This document shows positions 51,201 through 60,162 of a stretch of DNA of 64,000 nt, in pieces. The stretch is from Occultella glacieicola (GTDB lineage Bacteria; Actinomycetota; Actinomycetes; Actinomycetales; Beutenbergiaceae). The notes under the pieces are model-generated. The model did not search any database and was not told the origin of the DNA. It was given only the letters and a program-made list of their open reading frames with translations. The stretch spans positions 62,001-126,000 of the forward strand of contig NZ_SMNA01000015.1 of the NCBI RefSeq assembly GCF_004353825.1, given 5' to 3'. Position numbers and translations under genes: made by a program. Within the stretch, counting starts at the first letter, position 1, and each line of letters begins with the position of its first letter.

Positions 51201-53079
51201 TGCCGTGCTGTCCTGCGCGGTCGACACGTTCCGCGCGCAGAATCCGAACACCCTGCTCGTCTCCGCCGGGGACAGCATCGGGGCGTCGACGTTCACCTCG
51301 TTCATCGCCGGCGACCAGCCGACGATCGACGTGCTGAACACGATCGGCCTGGACGTCTCCGCGTTCGGCAACCACGAGTTCGACCAGGGTCAGGACGACG
51401 TGAACGACCGGGTGATCCCGGCGTCGAACTGGCCGTACGTGGCCGCGAACATCGTGGACGCCAACGGTGACCCGGTGTACGACCCGTACACGATCCTCGA
51501 CGTCGACGGCATCTCGGTCGGCTTCATCGGTGCGATCACCGAGGAGATGCCGGCCCTGGTCTCCCCGGCCGGCATCGAGGGCCTCACCTTCAGCGACATG
51601 GGTGAGGCGGTCAACTCGTACTCGGCGCAGCTCTCCGACGGCGACGACGCCAACGGCGAGGCGGACGTGATCGTGGTGCTCGTGCACGACGGCGCGTCGT
51701 CCCCGGACCTGGCCAGCGCCGACGGCACCCCGTACGGCGACCTGGTCGCCGGCGCGGACGCCAACATCGACGCGATCATCTCCGGGCACACCCACCAGGC
51801 CTACGTCCACGACGTCGACGGCCTGTGGGTGACCCAGACCGGCCAGTACGGCGAGCGGCTGGGCCACCTGGAGTTGACCGTCGACCGCGCCTCCGGTGAG
51901 GTCACGGCCGCCACCGCCGAGAACGTGGACCTGGTCCCCGTTGCCGGCAACCCGACGGCGACCCCGCCGATCCCGCGGGAGACGTTCTGTGCGGGTGACC
52001 CCGAGGTCCAGACGATCATCGACGAGGCGGTGGCCGTCGCCGACGAACTCGGCGCCGTCCCGCTCGGCGAGATCACGGCGGACTTCAACCGGGCCCGCCA
52101 GAGCAACGGCTCGGAGAACCGCGGCGGCGAGTCCACCCTGGGGAACTTCGTGGCGGACGTCCAGCTCTGGGCGGCGCAGCGGACCAACCCGAACGCGCAG
52201 ATCGCCATGATGAACCCGGGCGGGCTGCGGGCGGACATGACGTACGCCGCCTCCGGCAACGAGGGCGACGGCGTGCTCACCTACCGCGAGGCGGCGATCG
52301 TCCAGCCGTTCGCGAACACCCTGGTCACCACCGTGCTCACCGGTGACCAGATCGCCCAGGTGCTCGAGGAGCAGTGGCAGCCCGCCGCGGCCTCCCGCCC
52401 GTTCCTGCGGCTCGGTGTGTCGGCGGGCTTCACCTACACCTATGACCCGAACGCCGCAGCCGGCGAGCGGATCCTGGAGATGACCCTGAACGGCGAGCCG
52501 ATCGACCCGGCCGCGCAGTACACGGTCGTGGTGAACTCGTTCCTGGCCTCCGGTGGTGACAACTTCGCCACCCTGGCCGAGGGCACGAGCACCGCCGACT
52601 CCGGTCAGAGCGACCTGGTCGCCATGGTGGACTACATGGCCGAGTTCGGTTCGGCTTCGCCGGACCTGGCCCAGCGCGCCGTCGGCGTCAGTTGGGTCTC
52701 GGACCCGGCGGCCGAGTACGCGGCCGGTGACGAGATCGCCCTGGACCTGTCCTCGCTGGCCTTCTCTGCCGGTGAGCCGGTTCCGGCGGAGGTCGCGATC
52801 ACCCTCGGCGGTCAGCAGGTCGGGACCGCTGCGGTGGATCCGGCCATCGTGGACACCACCGACGAGGTCGGCCGGGCCCAGGTACGGGTGACCGTGCCCG
52901 AAGGTCTGGAAGGCACCGTCGACCTCGTCATCACCGATGACAACGGCACCTCGGTGACCACCCCCGTCACGGTGGCGGCCGACGAGGAGCCCGAGGAGCC
53001 GACGAACCCGTGGGAGGCGTTCGCCCGCTTCCTGTGGGCGCTGCTGAAGTTCCTGTTCCCGTGGTGGCCGTGGCCGTGA
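48205..53079 (+). CDS. Secreted multidomain nuclease: 2x lamin-tail-like, OB fold, ExeM/NucH EEP endonuclease, 5'-nucleotidase
   Basis: Signal peptide; FISEIHYDN x2; ATFNVLNYF, NHFKSKG, GDFNSY, SDHDP; INDFHGR, AGD, GNHEFD, SGHTHQ, NPGGLR. Confidence 0.92.
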   Translation: MSPSSRGGRRHAFRPIATITTLALASLGAAAPAFAATEPPDSDPGSAAATLSSGDESAAFAQTDGSIFISEIHYDNAGTDAREFIEIQAPAGTNLNRWSVVLYGADGVAYDTSNVRGSARNGTVVLNYGSESIVNGTGGVALVNPDGGVVEFISYGGAITAADGPAAGLASTDIGVQQSEAERGLTLQRIGTAWTGPVASTQGAPNPEPEPEPEVEAFISEIHYDNVGTDVGEAIEVQATVGADLTGWTLVLYNGNNGGPYDTDAVGGVVPDAGVLVVEYPENGIQNGSPDGVALVDADGNLVEFLTYEGSFAAVGGPADGVTGTDIGVEQGSSNPIGESLQLIDGVWTGPAPESFGAINTADDPGEPGEPGEDTHTIAEIQGTGDASPVAGQTVTTTGVVTAAYPTGGFDGYYLQTAGSGGDADPSTRTASDGVFVYSAATVGSVQVGDHVQVTGSVVEFNGLTEITVGAGGAVVLDTPAEAVKPIEAFALPGTDAEREVFEGMLVAPVADYVVSDTYALGGWGTSAFGSIGLGLGGPLVQETDVALPGTPEFDAVAADNAARAITLDDGQSARTATSANVPYLTGAPNVRTGAGLTFSAPVIVDFRFQWNFQPTAPVDGNADDVVLFNTGNTQEANATPQDVGGDLSIATFNVLNYFTTLGTDLPGCVPYTDRDGNPITVNTGCDARGAWDEANLQRQQDKIVAAINGLGADVVSLEEIENSAQFGQDRDAALAALVDALNADAGAGTWAFAPSPAVLPDLADQDVIRNAFIYRPASVELAGDSVVLVGSAAFDNAREPLAQAFTAVGSDYTFIAVTNHFKSKGGDCGDLPEGCFDADRVAQAQALTAFAQDVADAAGVEDIFLLGDFNSYGAENPVVALEAAGYTNLNTEETTYVFDGKVGSLDHVFANASALETVTGVDVWSINSVESVLAEYSRYNYFASEHFQPGTQFRASDHDPIIVGIDVPEDVTPTVDINLLSINDFHGRIEAGGESAGGAVLSCAVDTFRAQNPNTLLVSAGDSIGASTFTSFIAGDQPTIDVLNTIGLDVSAFGNHEFDQGQDDVNDRVIPASNWPYVAANIVDANGDPVYDPYTILDVDGISVGFIGAITEEMPALVSPAGIEGLTFSDMGEAVNSYSAQLSDGDDANGEADVIVVLVHDGASSPDLASADGTPYGDLVAGADANIDAIISGHTHQAYVHDVDGLWVTQTGQYGERLGHLELTVDRASGEVTAATAENVDLVPVAGNPTATPPIPRETFCAGDPEVQTIIDEAVAVADELGAVPLGEITADFNRARQSNGSENRGGESTLGNFVADVQLWAAQRTNPNAQIAMMNPGGLRADMTYAASGNEGDGVLTYREAAIVQPFANTLVTTVLTGDQIAQVLEEQWQPAAASRPFLRLGVSAGFTYTYDPNAAAGERILEMTLNGEPIDPAAQYTVVVNSFLASGGDNFATLAEGTSTADSGQSDLVAMVDYMAEFGSASPDLAQRAVGVSWVSDPAAEYAAGDEIALDLSSLAFSAGEPVPAEVAITLGGQQVGTAAVDPAIVDTTDEVGRAQVRVTVPEGLEGTVDLVITDDNGTSVTTPVTVAADEEPEEPTNPWEAFARFLWALLKFLFPWWPWP

Positions 53080-53126
53080 TGAGCCTGGGCTGGGCCTTCT
53101 GGAGTTCCTAGCCCGGTAGGCAGACC

Positions 53127-53165
53127 CGGACGCCCGGTCCCCGTCAAGCGGGGGCCGGGCGTCCG
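53127..53165 (+). terminator. Hairpin after the nuclease gene
   Basis: CGGACGCCCGGTCCCCG-TCAAG-CGGGGCCGGGCGTCCG. Confidence 0.65.
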
Positions 53166-53215
53166 CACGTGTGCGCCCCGTACCCCTGCGTCCTGGCCCG
53201 TCACAGCCGCTCGAC

Positions 53216-53285
53216 TCAGTCACCGGCCCCTCGAATCAGTCGGCGCAGAGGGGCGTGCCGACTGACTCGAGGGCTTGGCGACTGA
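53216..53285. repeat. 70-bp imperfect palindrome (REP/MITE-like)
   Basis: 31-nt arms with 6 mismatches around an 8-nt loop. Confidence 0.7.
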
Positions 53286-53313
53286 CACCGCCGGGACCGG
53301 TAGGTTCGGGAGC

Positions 53314-53673
53314 GTGGCACGACGGCGGATCAGCACCGAGCAGGGTGAGGCGGCACTGTCCGCGTGGCGGGCCGGGGGCGCGCGGACGGCGCCGGCCGAG
53401 GTCCGTACGGCGGTCCGGTACTGCCTCGAGGAGCTCGGCGAGGTGGCGCCCGGCAACTCGGTCGAGGTGCGGGTCCCGCCGGCCGGGGTGGTCCAGGCCA
53501 TCGAGGGCCCGCGGCACACCCGCGGCACACCGCCGAACGTCGTCGAGATGGACGGCCAGACCTGGCTCGGTCTGGCCACCGGCGAGCTGACCTGGGCCGA
53601 CCAGGTTGCCGCCGGCCGGGTCCGGGCGTCCGGGCAGCGCGCCGACCTGACCGGGGTGCTCCCACTGTTCTGA
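53314..53673 (+). CDS. Bacterial sterol-carrier (SCP)-like protein
   Basis: APGNSVEVRVPP..VQAIEGPRHTRGTPPNVVEMD..WLGLATG..ASGQRADL. Confidence 0.88.
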   Translation: MARRRISTEQGEAALSAWRAGGARTAPAEVRTAVRYCLEELGEVAPGNSVEVRVPPAGVVQAIEGPRHTRGTPPNVVEMDGQTWLGLATGELTWADQVAAGRVRASGQRADLTGVLPLF

Positions 53674-53770
53674 GCTGCCCGGGTCGGCCGGGGCGCGAGC
53701 GCCGTTATCCGCCGGTCTCTGCCGGTCTCGGCCGTTCGGTGCCGCGGTGGCCGCGCGGTACCGTCGGGGC

Positions 53771-54367
53771 ATGAGCACGTTGGAACAGGGCGATCACGAG
53801 CCCGAGGGCGAACGGGAGCCGATCCCGCCGCTTCCCGGTGCGCCGGCCGAGCAGGACGAGGCCGCGCCCGTCGAGGGGGGCGACGCGGGCGGCCAGGACG
53901 ACGCCGTCGAGGAGGGCGCGCCCGTCGAGGAGGGCGACGCCTCGCCGGCCGACCCACCCGCCGTATTGGCCCCCGACGTGATCGGCGAGCGGAACGACAC
54001 GTCTCTCGAGCCGGCAGCCGGGACGGATCCCGGCGTCGTCCCCCAGGAAGAGGAGCCGCCGGCCTGGGCCGGTTCCGCCGAACGGATCTCGGACCCCACC
54101 ACCCTGGACCTCGCCGCGATCGCGGACCGTCGCCGGGTCCGGCGCGCACCCCGGTTCGGCCGGTTCGCCGGGTTCGGCGTCGCCCTCGGGGTCATCATCG
54201 CGTTCGCGCTGTCCCGGATGGGTGTCCCCACCGAGTACCTCGACCGTGGTGGCATGTTCCTCCTCCTGGTGGCACTGCTCGCCCCGTTCTGCGCTCTGGT
54301 CGCGTGCCTGATCGCGGTGCTGTTGGATCGGACCCACAAGCGTGACCTGAGGGCCGAACCGCACTGA
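53771..54367 (+). CDS. Hypothetical membrane protein (acidic N-terminus, 2 TM)
   Basis: VRRAPRFGRF followed by two TM helices; TACCGT 6 nt before ATG. Confidence 0.7.
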   Translation: MSTLEQGDHEPEGEREPIPPLPGAPAEQDEAAPVEGGDAGGQDDAVEEGAPVEEGDASPADPPAVLAPDVIGERNDTSLEPAAGTDPGVVPQEEEPPAWAGSAERISDPTTLDLAAIADRRRVRRAPRFGRFAGFGVALGVIIAFALSRMGVPTEYLDRGGMFLLLVALLAPFCALVACLIAVLLDRTHKRDLRAEPH

Positions 54368-54427
54368 GCCCGGTGCGGCGGCGACGCCGGCCCGACCCCG
54401 CACCGACCCATCCCGGAGGAGCCCGAC

Positions 54428-55909
54428 GTGCCTCGTCGAACCGTTCACCTCGATTCCGCGGCCACCCAGACCGTCGGCCCGGCCCTCGCCGAGATCCGGA
54501 GGGAGCTGGACGTCCCCGGACCGTTCAGCGAGGCTGCGGTCGCCGAGGCCGAGGCAGCCGCCGCGGCGCCGCCGACCGGCGGGACGGATGCCACCGATGT
54601 CGAGTTCGTCACGATCGACCCACCCGGCGCGAAGGACCTCGACCAGGCGCTGCACCTGTCCCGCGAGGGTGACGGGTTCCTGGTCCGGTACGCGATCGCG
54701 GACCCGGCGTCGTTCGTGACGCCCGGTGGCCCGATCGACACCGAGCTCGCCGACCGGGGGGTGACCTTCTACGGCCCGGACGGGGCGATCACCCTGCACC
54801 CGCCGGTGCTGTCCGAGGGGGCCGCGAGCCTGCTCGCCGATGTCGAACGGCCCGCGTGTCTGTGGGAGATCGGTCTGGACGCGACCGGTGAGATCACCTC
54901 GGCGAAGGTGTACCGGGCCAGGGTGCGCAGCCGCGAGCAGCTCACCTATGACGAGGTCCAGGAGCGTATCGACGCGGGCACCGCGAGCGAGTCCCTCGCA
55001 CTGCTGGCCACGGTCGGACCGTTGCGTCAGGAGCGGGAGCGCGCCCGTGGCGGCGTCTCCCTGGAGATCCCCGAGCAGGAGGTGGATGTCGACGACGGCG
55101 GCTACCGCCTCGCCTACCGCGCCACGTTGCCGGTCGAGGAGTGGAACGCGCAGATCTCCCTGCTGACCGGGATCGCCGCGGCCGCTCTGATGCGCGGCAA
55201 GCGGGCGGGGATCTTCCGCACCCTGGAGCCGGCCGACCCCCGCGACGTGACACGGCTGCGCCGGGCCGCCCACGGACTCGGCATCGACTGGCCCGAGGAC
55301 GCCGGCTACGGCGATGTCCTCGCGACCCTCGATGCGACGGTGCCCGCCCACGCCGCCTTCGCCCACGAGGCGACGTCCCTGTTCCGGGGCGCCGGCTACC
55401 TCGACTTCGACGGGGACCTGCCGCCGAGCTCCGAGCACGCGGCGATCGCCGCCGAGTACGCCCACGTCACCGCGCCGCTGCGTCGGCTGGTGGACCGGTA
55501 CGGGCTCGAGGTCTGCCTGGCCGCCAGCGCCGGGACCGACGTGCCGGACTGGGTGCGCGAGGCACTGCCGCGGCTCCCCAAGATCATGAACCGGTCCGGC
55601 CAGCGCGCGAACTCCTACGAGCGAGCCTGCGTGGACCTGGTCGAGGCGGTGCTGCTGCAGCCGCGAGTGGGGGAGATATTCGACGGTGTGATCGTCGATC
55701 TGCTCGAGCGCAGGAACAACGGTGCCGCCGCCGACGCGCCCGAGGCGAGCACCGCCGTCGGGCAGGAGGGCACCGTGGTGCTTGCAGACCCGGCCGTACG
55801 GGCGACGGTGACCGGCACCGACCTGCCGCTCGGGGAGTCGGTACGGGTCCGGCTGACCGAGGCCGACCCCGGCTCACGCACCGTCCGGTTCGAACACGGG
55901 GCCGACTGA
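54428..55909 (+). CDS. RNB-domain exoribonuclease (RNase II/R family)
   Basis: FVTIDPPGAKDLDQAL, YAIAD, YAHVTAPLRRLVD; GGAGGAG RBS. Confidence 0.92.
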   Translation: MPRRTVHLDSAATQTVGPALAEIRRELDVPGPFSEAAVAEAEAAAAAPPTGGTDATDVEFVTIDPPGAKDLDQALHLSREGDGFLVRYAIADPASFVTPGGPIDTELADRGVTFYGPDGAITLHPPVLSEGAASLLADVERPACLWEIGLDATGEITSAKVYRARVRSREQLTYDEVQERIDAGTASESLALLATVGPLRQERERARGGVSLEIPEQEVDVDDGGYRLAYRATLPVEEWNAQISLLTGIAAAALMRGKRAGIFRTLEPADPRDVTRLRRAAHGLGIDWPEDAGYGDVLATLDATVPAHAAFAHEATSLFRGAGYLDFDGDLPPSSEHAAIAAEYAHVTAPLRRLVDRYGLEVCLAASAGTDVPDWVREALPRLPKIMNRSGQRANSYERACVDLVEAVLLQPRVGEIFDGVIVDLLERRNNGAAADAPEASTAVGQEGTVVLADPAVRATVTGTDLPLGESVRVRLTEADPGSRTVRFEHGAD

Positions 55910-55956
55910 GCCCCGGCCGAGTTCGCCACCGGTGATGCCTGTGGGACCATGGTGGC

Positions 55957-57540
55957 GTGGTACGCGGAGATGGCCGGCTGTCGCATGAACTCATCCCAGG
56001 CGAGAAGGCCCCGCAGGACGCGTGTGGCGTCTTCGGGGTCTGGGCTCCCGGTGAGGAGGTGGCGAAGCTCACCTACTTCGGGCTCTACGCCCTGCAGCAC
56101 CGCGGCCAGGAGTCGGCCGGCATCGCGACCAGCAACGGCGAGCAGATCCTCGTCTACAAGGACATGGGCCTGGTGTCGCAGGTCTTCGACGATATGTCGC
56201 TGCGCACCCTCACCGGCCACATCGCACTCGGCCACACCCGCTACTCGACGACCGGGGCGAGCACCTGGGAGAACGCCCAACCGACCCTCGGCCCGACATC
56301 GACGGGCACCGTGGCCCTCGGCCACAACGGCAACCTGACGAACACCAGCGAGCTGATCGCCCTCGTCGGGGAGCGGTACGGCCCCGAGGAGCGCAAGAAA
56401 CTGCTCGACGGCGGAGCCTCCGACACCATGGTGCTCACCGCGCTCCTGTCCGGAGATCCCGAGCACACGCTCGAGATGACGGCCATGGAGGTGCTGCCCC
56501 GCGTGCGTGGCGCGTTCTCGCTCGCGTTCATGGACGAGCACGCCCTGTACGCGGCGCGGGACCCGCAGGGCATCCGCCCGCTCGTGCTGGGCCGACTGGA
56601 GCGTGGCTGGGTGGTCGCCTCGGAGACCGCGGCCCTGGACATCGTGGGCGCGTCGTTCGTGCGCGAGGTGGAGCCAGGCGAGCTGATCGCCATCGACGCG
56701 GACGGCCTGCGCACGCAGCGGTTCGCCGAGGCCGCGCCGAAGGGCTGCGTGTTCGAGTACGTGTACCTGGCCCGCCCGGACACCGCGATCGCCGGCAAGT
56801 CCGTGAACGCCGCCCGGGTGGCGATGGGCCGCGCGCTGGCGCGCGAGCACCCCGCGGAGGCGGACCTGGTGATTCCAGTACCGGAGTCCGGGACCCCGGC
56901 CGCCATCGGGTACGCCGCGGAGTCCGGCATCCCGTTCGCGCAGGGGCTCACCAAGAACGCCTACGTCGGGCGCACGTTCATCCAGCCGAGCCAGACGATC
57001 CGGCAGCTCGGCATCCGGCTGAAGCTGAACCCGCTGCGCGAGGTGATCTCCGGCAAGCGACTCGTGGTCGTCGACGACTCGATCGTGCGGGGCAACACCC
57101 AGCGCGCGCTCGTGCGGATGCTTCGCGAGGCGGGGGCCGCCGAGGTGCACGTGCGGATCTCCTCGCCGCCGGTGAAGTGGCCGTGCTTCTACGGCATCGA
57201 CTTCGCCACCCGGGCCGAGCTGATCGCGAACGGGCTCAGCGTCGAGGAGATCGGGCACGGTCTGGGTGCGGACACCCTGGGCTACATCAGCCTCGATGGC
57301 ATGATCGAGGCGACGGAGCAGCCCGCGTCGCGGCTCTGTGCGGCCTGTTTCACCGGCAAGTACCCGATCGAGATCGGGGACGGGGCCGCGGTCACGCAAC
57401 TCCTCGACCAGGAGGAGCTGCCGATCATGGCGGGGCCCGGTGACCGGCTAGGCGACGAGGCACGGCTGGGCGCGCCCGAGGATGGGCTGAGTTCCCTGAC
57501 GGTCGCGACCGGCGGCGCCGGGGCGCTGATGCACCCGTGA
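55957..57540 (+). CDS. purF: Amidophosphoribosyltransferase
   Basis: CGVFG, LQHRGQESAG, GHTRYSTTG, VDDSIVRGNT. Confidence 0.97.
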   Translation: MVRGDGRLSHELIPGEKAPQDACGVFGVWAPGEEVAKLTYFGLYALQHRGQESAGIATSNGEQILVYKDMGLVSQVFDDMSLRTLTGHIALGHTRYSTTGASTWENAQPTLGPTSTGTVALGHNGNLTNTSELIALVGERYGPEERKKLLDGGASDTMVLTALLSGDPEHTLEMTAMEVLPRVRGAFSLAFMDEHALYAARDPQGIRPLVLGRLERGWVVASETAALDIVGASFVREVEPGELIAIDADGLRTQRFAEAAPKGCVFEYVYLARPDTAIAGKSVNAARVAMGRALAREHPAEADLVIPVPESGTPAAIGYAAESGIPFAQGLTKNAYVGRTFIQPSQTIRQLGIRLKLNPLREVISGKRLVVVDDSIVRGNTQRALVRMLREAGAAEVHVRISSPPVKWPCFYGIDFATRAELIANGLSVEEIGHGLGADTLGYISLDGMIEATEQPASRLCAACFTGKYPIEIGDGAAVTQLLDQEELPIMAGPGDRLGDEARLGAPEDGLSSLTVATGGAGALMHP

Positions 57541-58661
57541 GCGAACAGCCCGGCCCGGTCACCTACGCGTCCGCCGGTGTGGACACCCACGCCGGGGACA
57601 AGGCCGTCGAACTGATGAAGGATGCCGTGCGGGCCACCCACGGACCGCAGGTCCTCGGTGGCGTCGGCGGGTTCGCCGGGCTGTACGACGCGAGCGCGCT
57701 GTTGACGTACCGCAAGCCGTTGTTGGCCACGTCCACGGACGGCGTCGGCACCAAGGTGGCGATCGCCCAGGCGATGGATGTGCACGACACCATCGGCTAC
57801 GACCTCGTCGGCATGGTGATCGACGACATCGTCGTGGTCGGCGCGAAGCCGCTGTTCATGACCGACTACATCGCCTGCGGGAAGGTGGTCCCGGAGCGGA
57901 TCGCCGACATCGTCCGCGGCATCGCGGGTGCGTGCCAGGTGGCGGGTGCCGCGCTGGTCGGCGGTGAGACCGCCGAGCACCCCGGCCTGCTGGAGCCGGA
58001 CGAATACGACGTGGCCGGCGCCGCCACCGGCGTGGTCGAGGCCGACGCACTGCTCGGCCCGGAGCGGGTCAGGGCCGGGGACGTGCTGATCGCACTGGGC
58101 GCCAGCGGGCTGCACTCCAACGGGTACTCGCTGGTGCGCCGGGTGGTCTCCCTCGCCGGATGGACTCTGGACCGGGACGTGCCGGAGTTCGGGCGCACCC
58201 TCGGGGCTGAGCTGCTCGAACCGACGCGGGTCTACGCGGCCGACTGCCTGGCGCTCGCGGCCGACCCGGCGGTGAGGGTGCACGCGTTCACGCACGTCAC
58301 CGGTGGGGGGCTCGCGGCGAACCTGGCCCGGGTCCTCCCGGAGGGTCTGGTCGCGACCGTCGACCGGTCCTCGTGGGTGGTGCCGCCCGTGTTCGACGTG
58401 GTGCGCCGGCTCGGCTCGGTGCCGTGGGCGGACCTGCAGAACACCCTCAACCTCGGGGTGGGCATGGTGGCCGTGGTTGACCCGGCCGGTGTTGACGCCA
58501 CGCTCACCCGGTGCCGTGAGCTCGGGCTCCCGGCCTGGGAGCTGGGTACGATCGCGGCGGCGGACACCCTGGCTGCCGACGGCTCGGCCGAGGTGATCTC
58601 CGGGACCAAGGGCGTGCACGGCGGGGGTGTGCGCCTCGTGAACGAGTACCGGACGACCTGA
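57537..58661 (+). CDS. purM: Phosphoribosylformylglycinamidine cyclo-ligase
   Basis: TYASAGVD, TDGVGTK, GGETAEHPG, SGLHSNGYSL, HVTGGG. Confidence 0.97.
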   Translation: MSEQPGPVTYASAGVDTHAGDKAVELMKDAVRATHGPQVLGGVGGFAGLYDASALLTYRKPLLATSTDGVGTKVAIAQAMDVHDTIGYDLVGMVIDDIVVVGAKPLFMTDYIACGKVVPERIADIVRGIAGACQVAGAALVGGETAEHPGLLEPDEYDVAGAATGVVEADALLGPERVRAGDVLIALGASGLHSNGYSLVRRVVSLAGWTLDRDVPEFGRTLGAELLEPTRVYAADCLALAADPAVRVHAFTHVTGGGLAANLARVLPEGLVATVDRSSWVVPPVFDVVRRLGSVPWADLQNTLNLGVGMVAVVDPAGVDATLTRCRELGLPAWELGTIAAADTLAADGSAEVISGTKGVHGGGVRLVNEYRTT

Positions 58662-58667
58662 GTCCCC

Positions 58668-58768
58668 TGCGCAACGCCTGACGGCGCGTCGTTGCGCAAC
58701 CACCCGACCCTGCAGATGTGTGGCAGCGGTGTGATTCCGACGTACCCGGTGCGTCGGAATCACACCGC
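58668..58768. repeat. Two palindromes between convergent purM and DUF3073
   Basis: TGCGCAACG...CGTTGCGCA (58668-58698); perfect 17-bp arms GCGGTGTGATTCCGACG/CGTCGGAATCACACCGC (58726-58768). Confidence 0.8.
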
Positions 58769-58932
58769 AACAGGTCGCCACCCACACCACGCCGTCGGGC
58801 AGCACCGTGAGGCAGCCCTCCCATCGTCAGTGCGACGGACCGGCCGACGCCCGCCGCCGGACGGCGGCGCGCCTCGATGGCCCCACCTACGCACGTGCGC
58901 CCGGCGGGCCGGGCCTGCCCCAGTTCAGCGGA

Positions 58933-59124
58933 TCAGTTGCGCCGCGACTGCGGCGACCACTCGTCCTCGTCCTCGGGCGGCGGTACGTCGTACCTGTCCG
59001 CGAGGTCGGTCTGGGTCGGACCGGTCAGTTCGCGCTCGAGCGCGCGATAGTCCGTCTCGGGGCTGTAGTACTTCAGCTGCCGAGCGACCTTGGTCTGCTT
59101 CGCCTTTTGACGGCCGCGCCCCAT
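58933..59124 (-). CDS. DUF3073 family protein
   Basis: MGRGRQKAKQTKVARQLKY; usual position after purM. Confidence 0.92.
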   Translation of the reverse strand: MGRGRQKAKQTKVARQLKYYSPETDYRALERELTGPTQTDLADRYDVPPPEDEDEWSPQSRRN

Positions 59125-59341
59125 GGCGTGACCCCCTCCGCATTGGTGCCGGTGCCACACCGTCCGGGGACGTAGTGACGACCGGGAATGGGTTATCTGT
59201 CGTGGGTCCACCGTACCTTGTCGCGACGGTGATGGGCGAACCCGTTTGTAGGAACGAACGCTCCGGCACCCCTATTCCGCTGACGGAGTAACCGGCGGCC
59301 GAGGGGACGCTTCGTGCGGCCCGAGCGAGCCCGGTCAGGAC

Positions 59342-59650
59342 TCAGCGGCTGCGACGCAGGACCGAGATCCCAACGATCGCTGCCACCACGGTCGCCGCCG
59401 CGCCGACGATGCCGATCGCCTTCGGGTTACCGGCCTTGACGTCCTCGGCGAACGACTTCGCGTGGTCGGCGGTGCTGCCCGCGAGGTTCTTGGCCTGGTC
59501 CGTGAGGTCGCGCACCTGCCGGCGCGGATCGACCCGGTCGGTCAGCTCATCCACGGTGCGGGTGAGTTCGGCGCGGGTACGCAGCAGGTCCGCCTCGATC
59601 TCGGCCGCCGTGCGCTTACGGGTCTCGGGCTTGTCCTGCTCGGTGCTCAC
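59342..59650 (-). CDS. DUF3618 family protein
   Basis: EIEADLLRTRAELTRTVDELTDRVDP plus C-terminal TM. Confidence 0.85.
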   Translation of the reverse strand: MSTEQDKPETRKRTAAEIEADLLRTRAELTRTVDELTDRVDPRRQVRDLTDQAKNLAGSTADHAKSFAEDVKAGNPKAIGIVGAAATVVAAIVGISVLRRSR

Positions 59651-60054
59651 GACTTGACCCCCGCCTTGATGGCCTCGATGTCCTTCATCACGTTCTCCTT
59701 GGTCTGCGGCGACGGCGCGTTCTTGAGCGTGGCGCGACCGACCAGCGCGGCGATGGCTGCGATCAGCAGGACCACGCCGGCGACGATCAGTGCCGCCGCC
59801 CAGTAGGGCAGCACCGTGGCGAGCCCGAACATGGCCGCGGTGAGCAACCAGCCGAGACCGAAGAGGGCGAACACCCCGGCCACCGCGAAGAGCGCGCCGG
59901 TCATGCCCAGCGACTTGCCCTTCTCGGCCAGCTGCGCCTGGGCGAGCTGGAGTTCGTCCCTCACGAGGGTCGAGAAGTTGTCGGTGAGTTTGCCGACCAG
60001 CTGGCCGATCGACGGTTCGTCCGCCTTCGGCGGGGGTGTTCTGCTGTCAACCAC
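59647..60054 (-). CDS. Actinobacterial holin-like membrane protein (holin-X/YhjD-type)
   Basis: SIGQLV..STLVRDELQLAQA plus 2 TM; coupled to DUF3618. Confidence 0.85.
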   Translation of the reverse strand: MVDSRTPPPKADEPSIGQLVGKLTDNFSTLVRDELQLAQAQLAEKGKSLGMTGALFAVAGVFALFGLGWLLTAAMFGLATVLPYWAAALIVAGVVLLIAAIAALVGRATLKNAPSPQTKENVMKDIEAIKAGVKS

Positions 60055-60162
60055 CGTGACTCACCTCTCCTGGACTCGTCGCGCGTTCCGCGCGGACGTA
60101 CTGGGTACAGCCAATCGTGCCAGGAGGCGATCGGCAACACGGTGCGCCGCGCGCCCCGTCCG

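Noticed and set aside
48208..53223. 1671-aa antisense ORF and similar long shadow ORFs (e.g. 2781-4655, 11425-13668, 41567-44101, 60142-62757)
   Set aside because: Antisense to well-supported genes; stop-codon scarcity at high GC
59342..60054. Holin-like gene near tRNAs as evidence of a prophage
   Set aside because: Holin-X plus DUF3618 is a common chromosomal pair; no integrase, endolysin, structural genes or att duplication seen
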